A stretch of 32,000 bases of DNA, taken from the NCBI RefSeq assembly GCF_000009705.1, contig NC_003272.1:1050001-1082000 (forward strand), written 5' to 3'. Positions 26,561-32,000 of the stretch are shown here, in pieces. Position 1 is the first letter of the stretch. Each line of letters begins with the position of its first letter. The notes beneath the pieces were generated by a model. The model was not told the origin of the DNA and did not search any database. It worked only from the letters and a program-made list of their open reading frames with translations. Source of the DNA: Nostoc sp. PCC 7120 = FACHB-418. Lineage in GTDB: Bacteria > Cyanobacteriota > Cyanobacteriia > Cyanobacteriales > Nostocaceae. The translations under genes and the position numbers were made by a program.

Positions 26561-29512
26561 TTACCTTGTTTCCATTGTTTCTACACGGAAACGTTCCACG
26601 GAAGAAATCAAATCGCGGGACACACCCACTAGGTTTTGCAGTGCGCCGGAAACTCTTTGTGCTTCTTGAGAAGTTTCTTGAGCTGTTAATTCCACCGATT
26701 GCATTACCTGAGCTACAGCACGGGATGTTTCCGTTTGTTCCACAGTATCGCTGGTGATTGAGCGCACCAAAATATCGATGCGATTCGCTACTTGAATAAT
26801 ATTTTCGAGCGATCGCTTGGCTTCTTCTGCCAATTTTGTGCCTTTAATTACCTGTTGTGTGCCTTCTTCCATCGCAGTCATAACTGAGCCTGTTTCGCTC
26901 TGGATTTGCATCACAATTTGCTCAATTTCTTTGAGGGATTTGGCTGATTTATCCGCTAATTGGCGAACTTCATCGGCTACGATCGCAAATCCGCGCCCGG
27001 CTTCTCCCGCCCGCGCCGCCTCAATACTGGCATTGAGTGCTAGTAAGTTAGTTCTGGAAGCAATTTGCGAAATCAAGGCGACAATCTTAGAAATTTCTTG
27101 GGAAGATTCTGCCAAGCGTTTTACCTTCCGGGTAGTTTCCGCGACAGTTTCCCGAATTTCCAAAATCCCCGCCACCGTATTTTCTACTGCTTCTCCACCC
27201 TTGAGAGCGATCGTACTAGCATCACGCGCCACTTTCTCGGCTTCTCGCGCTGCTTCCGCTACCCGTTGAATCGAGTCAGTCATCACCTGTACAGAATTTA
27301 AGGTGACTCCCAACTCTTCGGCTTGGCGCAAAGCATCACTTGATAAGGCTCTAGCAAAGGTTTCCGAATTGGTTGCACCTTTGGTTACTTCCTTAGCCGC
27401 GACTTTTACCTGCTGCACAATGTCCCGCAAGTTTTGAATTGTCAGGTTAAAGGCATCAGCGACGGCTCCAAGTACGTCGGCTGTCACTTCCGCTTGCACT
27501 GTCAAATCACCTCTAGCCGCCCCTTCCACATCATCCAGCAAGCGAATTACTTGACGTTGGAGGTTTTCTTTCGCTTCCTCTTGTTCATCGGCTTTGCGTT
27601 GGGCTTCATTGGTAGTGGTAAAAATTACCCGTGCCATTTCGTTGAAGCCGGCTGATAACTGTCCTAGTTCATCGTTGGAATATACTGTGGCTTGAACATT
27701 TAAGCTGCCTTGACGGACAGCATCAAATTGCGCTTGCAAATCCTTAGTGGTGCGGCGGACTTGTTTGATAGTGACACTCCCCATAAAGGCGGCTGCGGCA
27801 AAACCTGTCATCCCGGCTGCCAAAGACATCGCCCAACTTGTGTACCGCAATGATTCCCGTTGTTGGGGAGGAGCAATGTTAGTAGCGGTAAAGCTAACTG
27901 TTGCCACAACTAAGGCGGAGAACACACCCACAACCCCACCAACCAACCAAGGTTTTGTGTCTAGGGAAGCGTTTTCTAATGGTGCTAACCAACCTTGCTC
28001 GACATTGACATTAGCTTCTACCTTGGGGACATCTGCTTGGCTAAAGATTGGTACAGCTTCTTGGGAACCGGTGATGCTAAATAGCTCCTCATCGCGTTCT
28101 GTAGCATTATTTGCAGTTTCTGCAACTTTACCTCTTGGGATACTATTAATTTCCGTAGAACTGGAAAGCATCACATCACTAAAGCTGGAATCTGCTTCTG
28201 CCAGATCAAACCCAGGAATATTACCTAAATCATCAAATTCATCAAAATCGTCTAAAAATTCGATATTACTTTTAGAGTTTTCTTTATTGAAGATAATGCT
28301 TGTATCTTCGTCATTTGTTATACTTTCTGTTCCGAAAGCCGATTCAAATGCTTCAAAATCAAAACTCTCATCAGCATCAAAGTTATTCATCTCCTCTTTG
28401 AGCATATCTGGAGATGGTGATTTCATAGTAAAACCACTATTAACAGATGCTGGTGACTCTAATATCTCTTCTTGAGAAGCTATTTCCTGTAACCAATTAT
28501 TTGATTCAGGATGAGCAATATCACCTAGACTATCATTAGGCAAATTCTCTAGGGGCATGAAGCCATTCATGACTTCTTCTTTACCCGGTGAGAAATTTTC
28601 CGGTTCTGGCTTGCTTTTATCTATCTCTAATTCGTCTGTGGTATCTTCTTGATTGTTTTCTATTAAGAATTCAGCTACAGAAGCTTGCCCAATAAAACTG
28701 TTTGTTGTGTCGAATTCGGCAAAAGGTGAATCAATATTGCTTTGGTGATAGCCGGCGACCGAATTTAGGTCATCGGTTGGCGGTTCTGTGCCACTATCCA
28801 ATAAATTATCGGTCTGTGGTTCTTCTAGGCTCTCTTCCTGCCAGAACATCGGTAACTCTAATTCCGCTTGTTCTTGATTTGAGTCTGTCTTTTGCTCTTC
28901 TTCTCGCTCAAGGTTCAACGCAAAAGGATCATCACTAAAATCTGGTATAGACTCTATAGATTCTGGGTTTTCATTAAAAGAAATACTATCTGTAGGTGTT
29001 TCAAAAGGATTATCTAAAGATAAATCTTCTGTGTTTACTACTGATTCTTGTGTTTCTAAAGCATTTAAATCGAAGTTGTTGCTGTCAAAATCTCCAATTG
29101 AACCCAAATCTTCTAATTCTAATTCCTCTGATTCTTTAAAGGCAAATACACCCAGATCTATGGATTCATTGCTGTTAAGATTAGCAGACTGTTCAGCAAT
29201 TGATTGTTGATAATGGCTAATATTTTCCAGACCACTTTGAGCAAATCCAATAAGTTCAAAGTCATCAGTTAACTGTATGACCTGTTCATATTCTGCTGTT
29301 GCCACATCGTACTGCTGCAAAACATAGTAAATGTGACCCCGCAACAAATGAAAATTAGGGTCATCTGGTACATTCTGCACAACCTGATCAACTAAACTGG
29401 CGGCAACTTCATATTTTTGTTCCGCGTAGGCTGTACAAGCCTGCTGATACTTTTCGAGGTATTCTTCTATACTTGCTGCCATTTGCTCCCCTCCCAATTT
29501 CATCCTGCCCAC
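26561..29512 (-). CDS. hmpD: Methyl-accepting chemotaxis protein (TPR-like N-terminus, acidic region, TM hairpin, HAMP, MA domain)
   Basis: C-terminal MCP signalling domain ([31 protein letters not shown]), a HAMP region and two TM helices 16 aa apart. The track start at 29512 is GTG and overlaps cheW by 13 nt. The ATG at 29482 follows GGGAGGGGAG and is the more likely start. Confidence 0.93.
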   Translation of the reverse strand: MGRMKLGGEQMAASIEEYLEKYQQACTAYAEQKYEVAASLVDQVVQNVPDDPNFHLLRGHIYYVLQQYDVATAEYEQVIQLTDDFELIGFAQSGLENISHYQQSIAEQSANLNSNESIDLGVFAFKESEELELEDLGSIGDFDSNNFDLNALETQESVVNTEDLSLDNPFETPTDSISFNENPESIESIPDFSDDPFALNLEREEEQKTDSNQEQAELELPMFWQEESLEEPQTDNLLDSGTEPPTDDLNSVAGYHQSNIDSPFAEFDTTNSFIGQASVAEFLIENNQEDTTDELEIDKSKPEPENFSPGKEEVMNGFMPLENLPNDSLGDIAHPESNNWLQEIASQEEILESPASVNSGFTMKSPSPDMLKEEMNNFDADESFDFEAFESAFGTESITNDEDTSIIFNKENSKSNIEFLDDFDEFDDLGNIPGFDLAEADSSFSDVMLSSSTEINSIPRGKVAETANNATERDEELFSITGSQEAVPIFSQADVPKVEANVNVEQGWLAPLENASLDTKPWLVGGVVGVFSALVVATVSFTATNIAPPQQRESLRYTSWAMSLAAGMTGFAAAAFMGSVTIKQVRRTTKDLQAQFDAVRQGSLNVQATVYSNDELGQLSAGFNEMARVIFTTTNEAQRKADEQEEAKENLQRQVIRLLDDVEGAARGDLTVQAEVTADVLGAVADAFNLTIQNLRDIVQQVKVAAKEVTKGATNSETFARALSSDALRQAEELGVTLNSVQVMTDSIQRVAEAAREAEKVARDASTIALKGGEAVENTVAGILEIRETVAETTRKVKRLAESSQEISKIVALISQIASRTNLLALNASIEAARAGEAGRGFAIVADEVRQLADKSAKSLKEIEQIVMQIQSETGSVMTAMEEGTQQVIKGTKLAEEAKRSLENIIQVANRIDILVRSITSDTVEQTETSRAVAQVMQSVELTAQETSQEAQRVSGALQNLVGVSRDLISSVERFRVETMETR

Positions 29513-30030
29513 CTCGCACTCCGCAAAATTGCCATCTGGTCGAGTAGTCTTAGAGATTGGTTGTTTTTAGGCTCTAATAACCACTCTCCCCGCAAAAATG
29601 GAGCCATAGTATCCGGTATGCTTGTAGGTGGCATGAGATTTTGTACATCCAGCCAGTCCATACCGCCGATTTCATCCACAGCTAAACCCACAGTTGTGTC
29701 TTGCTCCTGAACTGCAATCACCGGAATTTCTGCTCGGTCTGTGTTTAACGGAGTTGCTTCCCCTAGAAATTGACCCAAATCTGCCACCCAAATTACTCGA
29801 CCTCGTAAATTTAGAGTACCCAAAAGTAAAGGAGAAGCATTAGGAATCGGGGTAATTCTATCAGGACTTAGTTCCATCACCTCTCGGATACCAGTTGCGG
29901 GTAGTGCAAACTCCTGATGCGAGGGAATATAAAACCGTAGATGTAACTCACCTTCAGGACTTTCTACTTGTAATTCTGGGCGGAAATGATCTTGACCACC
30001 GCCATTTAAAAAGTCCGGTTTGCTGACCAT
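29500..30030 (-). CDS. hmpC: CheW-like coupling protein
   Basis: Single CheW domain (…[23 protein letters not shown]…) between the CheY and MCP genes. Equivalent to PilI. Confidence 0.92.
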   Translation of the reverse strand: MVSKPDFLNGGGQDHFRPELQVESPEGELHLRFYIPSHQEFALPATGIREVMELSPDRITPIPNASPLLLGTLNLRGRVIWVADLGQFLGEATPLNTDRAEIPVIAVQEQDTTVGLAVDEIGGMDWLDVQNLMPPTSIPDTMAPFLRGEWLLEPKNNQSLRLLDQMAILRSARWAG

Positions 30031-30043
30031 ATTGTTTTCATCC

Positions 30044-30409
30044 TTATCCTCGCAGTAGTTGTTTGACTGTTCCCACCAATTCGGTTGGTTGAAACGGTTT
30101 TGCTATGTAAGCATCCGCACCTTGTTTCATACCCCAGTAGCGGTCAAATTCTTCTCCTTTAGAAGAACACATCACTACCGGGACATTTTGGGTTTTTGGA
30201 TCTGACTTTAATCGACGGCAAACTTCGTAGCCATTCATTTTGGGCATGACAATATCTAGGACTACGAGATCGGGAGGTTCTTCTTTGATTGCCTCTAATG
30301 CTTCTAATCCGTCAGTTGCATGGGTAACTGTTAAGCCACTAGCTTTCAGGAGGTCTGTAATCATCTCCCTCTGTGCAAGACTGTCTTCCACAATCAGAAC
30401 TGTACTCAT
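30044..30409 (-). CDS. hmpB: CheY-like single-domain response regulator
   Basis: 121-aa REC domain with VLIVEDS, phospho-acceptor context VVLDIVMPKMNG and conserved K (YIAKPF). Equivalent to PilH. Confidence 0.93.
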   Translation of the reverse strand: MSTVLIVEDSLAQREMITDLLKASGLTVTHATDGLEALEAIKEEPPDLVVLDIVMPKMNGYEVCRRLKSDPKTQNVPVVMCSSKGEEFDRYWGMKQGADAYIAKPFQPTELVGTVKQLLRG

Positions 30410-30633
30410 AAATGGCTATCTACCTCCTGATGTAGACGTTCCTGTTTGGAACATTCCCTGATCTCCCCACAATAATTACTGTATAAATTAATTCTATTGT
30501 TTGGTTAATTGTCTTGATAATACTTTGTCTCGGAGTAGGTTGATTCTGTGATAACATCTTTTACCCCATATTTTACGGAATCAACAAGTCTAAATAGGGG
30601 CTAGGGATGAGAGAAAAGGTGTCCCGCCACTTT

Positions 30634-30693
30634 GGTAATAGATAATTACGAATGGGTAATAGGCCTATTACCTATTACCCATTACCCATTACC
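30634..30693. repeat. STRR heptamers (GGTAAT / ATTACC) in inverted orientation, overlapping the 3' end of the PatA-type RR gene
   Basis: GGTAAT-type units on the left and TTACCTA TTACCCA TTACCCA TTACCAA on the right. An 18-bp palindrome GGTAATAGG|CCTATTACC sits at 30655-30672. Confidence 0.8.
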
Positions 30694-31920
30694 AAATTCC
30701 CATCCCTTGGTGGGCGAGGATTTTAAGTATTTTTCTACAAGCATGAGTAATTCATCATCATTAAAAGGTTTTATGAGGTAATCTGTTGCCCCGGCCATCC
30801 TAGCTCTGATTTGATCTATAAATTTATCTTTACTACTCAACATAATCATCGGTATATACCGAAATACTTGAGATTGACGCAGCATGGCACAAATCTCATA
30901 ACCATTTAGTTCGGGTGAGGAAATGTCACAGAAAACTAAATTTGGTCGGAGTTGAAAAATTAGACCTAAAGCTTCTAGGGGATTAGTTAACACGATTACT
31001 TCCGGTATAGTGTAGCCCGTCGTTTCATATCCTCGCGCTTGCAGAATAGACTCTACAGTTTCACAAATACTTTTTGTATCGTCAATACAGAGGATTTTTG
31101 CTTTCTTGTGGTTCCCTGGTATGTGGATGTTGATCTGACAATTATTTGGTTCTGGATAGGTTAGTTTTAACCAACCTTGTTGTACATACGGGTAGATAAC
31201 CTTGGCAACTGTCAAAATGTCCCGGTTGAGATAACGTGCTAGTTGACGTAAAGTAGTTTTTCCATCAGCCCATTGTTCGAGTTTATTCATTGTGGCTTCT
31301 GGAAGTGATGAGTTTATGTGAACTCTTTCAGCTAATATTGGCAATTGTTCTGGAGAATGAATATAGGGATATAGCTCGTGCCATTCTTGTAATTGTTGGG
31401 TGGCTTGAGTGACTAATGGCGAAATCTCCCAGGTAGTTAATCGGGGAGCGATCGCTGTATCCTGACAAAAAATAAACCTCCCTTGGTGTAAACTCAACAA
31501 GTCAAATAATGTCTCACCAACCAAACGGTAGATAATATTTTCAGCTATTTGAGGATTAATAATATTCCGCTCTAATAACAGCCAAAGATAGTCATATTCT
31601 GAAGAATTAAGTTTACCTAAACTAGTCAGATATTGTTCGTTTAGGCCTATTTCTACGCGATAGTAACGCAAATAGCCATCAATCCGCGAAAAATTACTAT
31701 CTCCTTCTTGGCAATAAATTATTTGCCCATTCAGAAAAAATATCAGCCAATATTTTTGCTGGTAGTTCCTAAAATAATCTGCTCCCTCTGCATCTTCTTT
31801 AGCATTTTGATTACCTTTGTACAAGCTAGGTGCTTCAATCAAAAGTTGCCCAGTTCGCTGTCCCAGTTCAATCAATTGCAGGATACTGCGAATATCGATT
31901 TCATGTAAACTTCCCTGCAT
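30682..31920 (-). CDS. hmpA: PatA-type response regulator (N-terminal PATAN/DUF4388 domain + C-terminal REC)
   Basis: N-terminal MQGSLHEIDIRSILQLIELGQRTGQL is typical of the PATAN domain. C-terminal REC (ILCIDD...CDISSPELNGYE...IKPF). Equivalent to PilG. Confidence 0.9.
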   Translation of the reverse strand: MQGSLHEIDIRSILQLIELGQRTGQLLIEAPSLYKGNQNAKEDAEGADYFRNYQQKYWLIFFLNGQIIYCQEGDSNFSRIDGYLRYYRVEIGLNEQYLTSLGKLNSSEYDYLWLLLERNIINPQIAENIIYRLVGETLFDLLSLHQGRFIFCQDTAIAPRLTTWEISPLVTQATQQLQEWHELYPYIHSPEQLPILAERVHINSSLPEATMNKLEQWADGKTTLRQLARYLNRDILTVAKVIYPYVQQGWLKLTYPEPNNCQINIHIPGNHKKAKILCIDDTKSICETVESILQARGYETTGYTIPEVIVLTNPLEALGLIFQLRPNLVFCDISSPELNGYEICAMLRQSQVFRYIPMIMLSSKDKFIDQIRARMAGATDYLIKPFNDDELLMLVEKYLKSSPTKGWEFGNG

Positions 31921-31943
31921 TTAGTTTAGTCCAGAGTCATTAG

Positions 31944-31971
31944 TCAGTTGTCAGTTGTCAGTTGTCAGTTG
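31944..31971. repeat. STRR heptamer array (TCAGTTG x4) in the 5' leader region of the PatA-type RR gene
   Basis: Four perfect contiguous TCAGTTG units 24-51 nt upstream of the ATG at 31920. Confidence 0.85.
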
Positions 31972-32000
31972 TCATTCACCATTAGTATTCCGCTTTTCTC

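Noticed and set aside
27747-28475. 242-aa plus-strand ORF, with smaller ones at 26566-27655 and 28702-29710
   Set aside because: It lies antisense to the MCP gene, whose minus-strand frame carries clear HAMP and MA domains.

Overview
The window looks like chromosomal DNA from a filamentous Nostocales-type cyanobacterium. This is inferred from about 18 perfect HIP1 octamers (GCGATCGC), heptameric STRR arrays in many intergenic spacers, and the gene content. It has four blocks. (1) 820-4785 (-): a pstS-pstC-pstA-pstB high-affinity phosphate uptake operon with a textbook cyanobacterial Pho box upstream, followed by era and an orphan NarL/LuxR response regulator. (2) 7871-14513 (-): a six-gene ABC-transporter-dependent glycan cluster with three GT2, one GT4, a Wzm permease and a Wzt ATPase with a C-terminal extension. 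(3) 14918-20497: an FAD oxidoreductase and a Rieske protein, then an AT-rich variable islet. The islet holds a PEP-CTERM protein, an IS1-like transposase remnant with in-frame stops, a DUF2262-like gene and small ORFs. (4) 20498-31920 (-): a complete Hmp/Pil (Tax3-type) chemotaxis-like motility cluster in the order PatA-type RR, CheY, CheW, MCP, giant hybrid CheA. I found no defence system, CRISPR array, tRNA or rRNA. The most unusual signal is inside the 1983-aa CheA. A roughly 1200-aa acidic linker between the Hpt domain and the kinase core contains an in-frame array of nearly identical 108-bp (36-aa) tandem repeats and at least 10 dispersed D-L-F/W motifs. The partner MCP carries a similar acidic cytoplasmic N-terminal region. 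Several operon-internal spacers, and the last codons of one gene, consist entirely of heptamer repeats. Family assignments come from reading motifs by eye and no searches were run.
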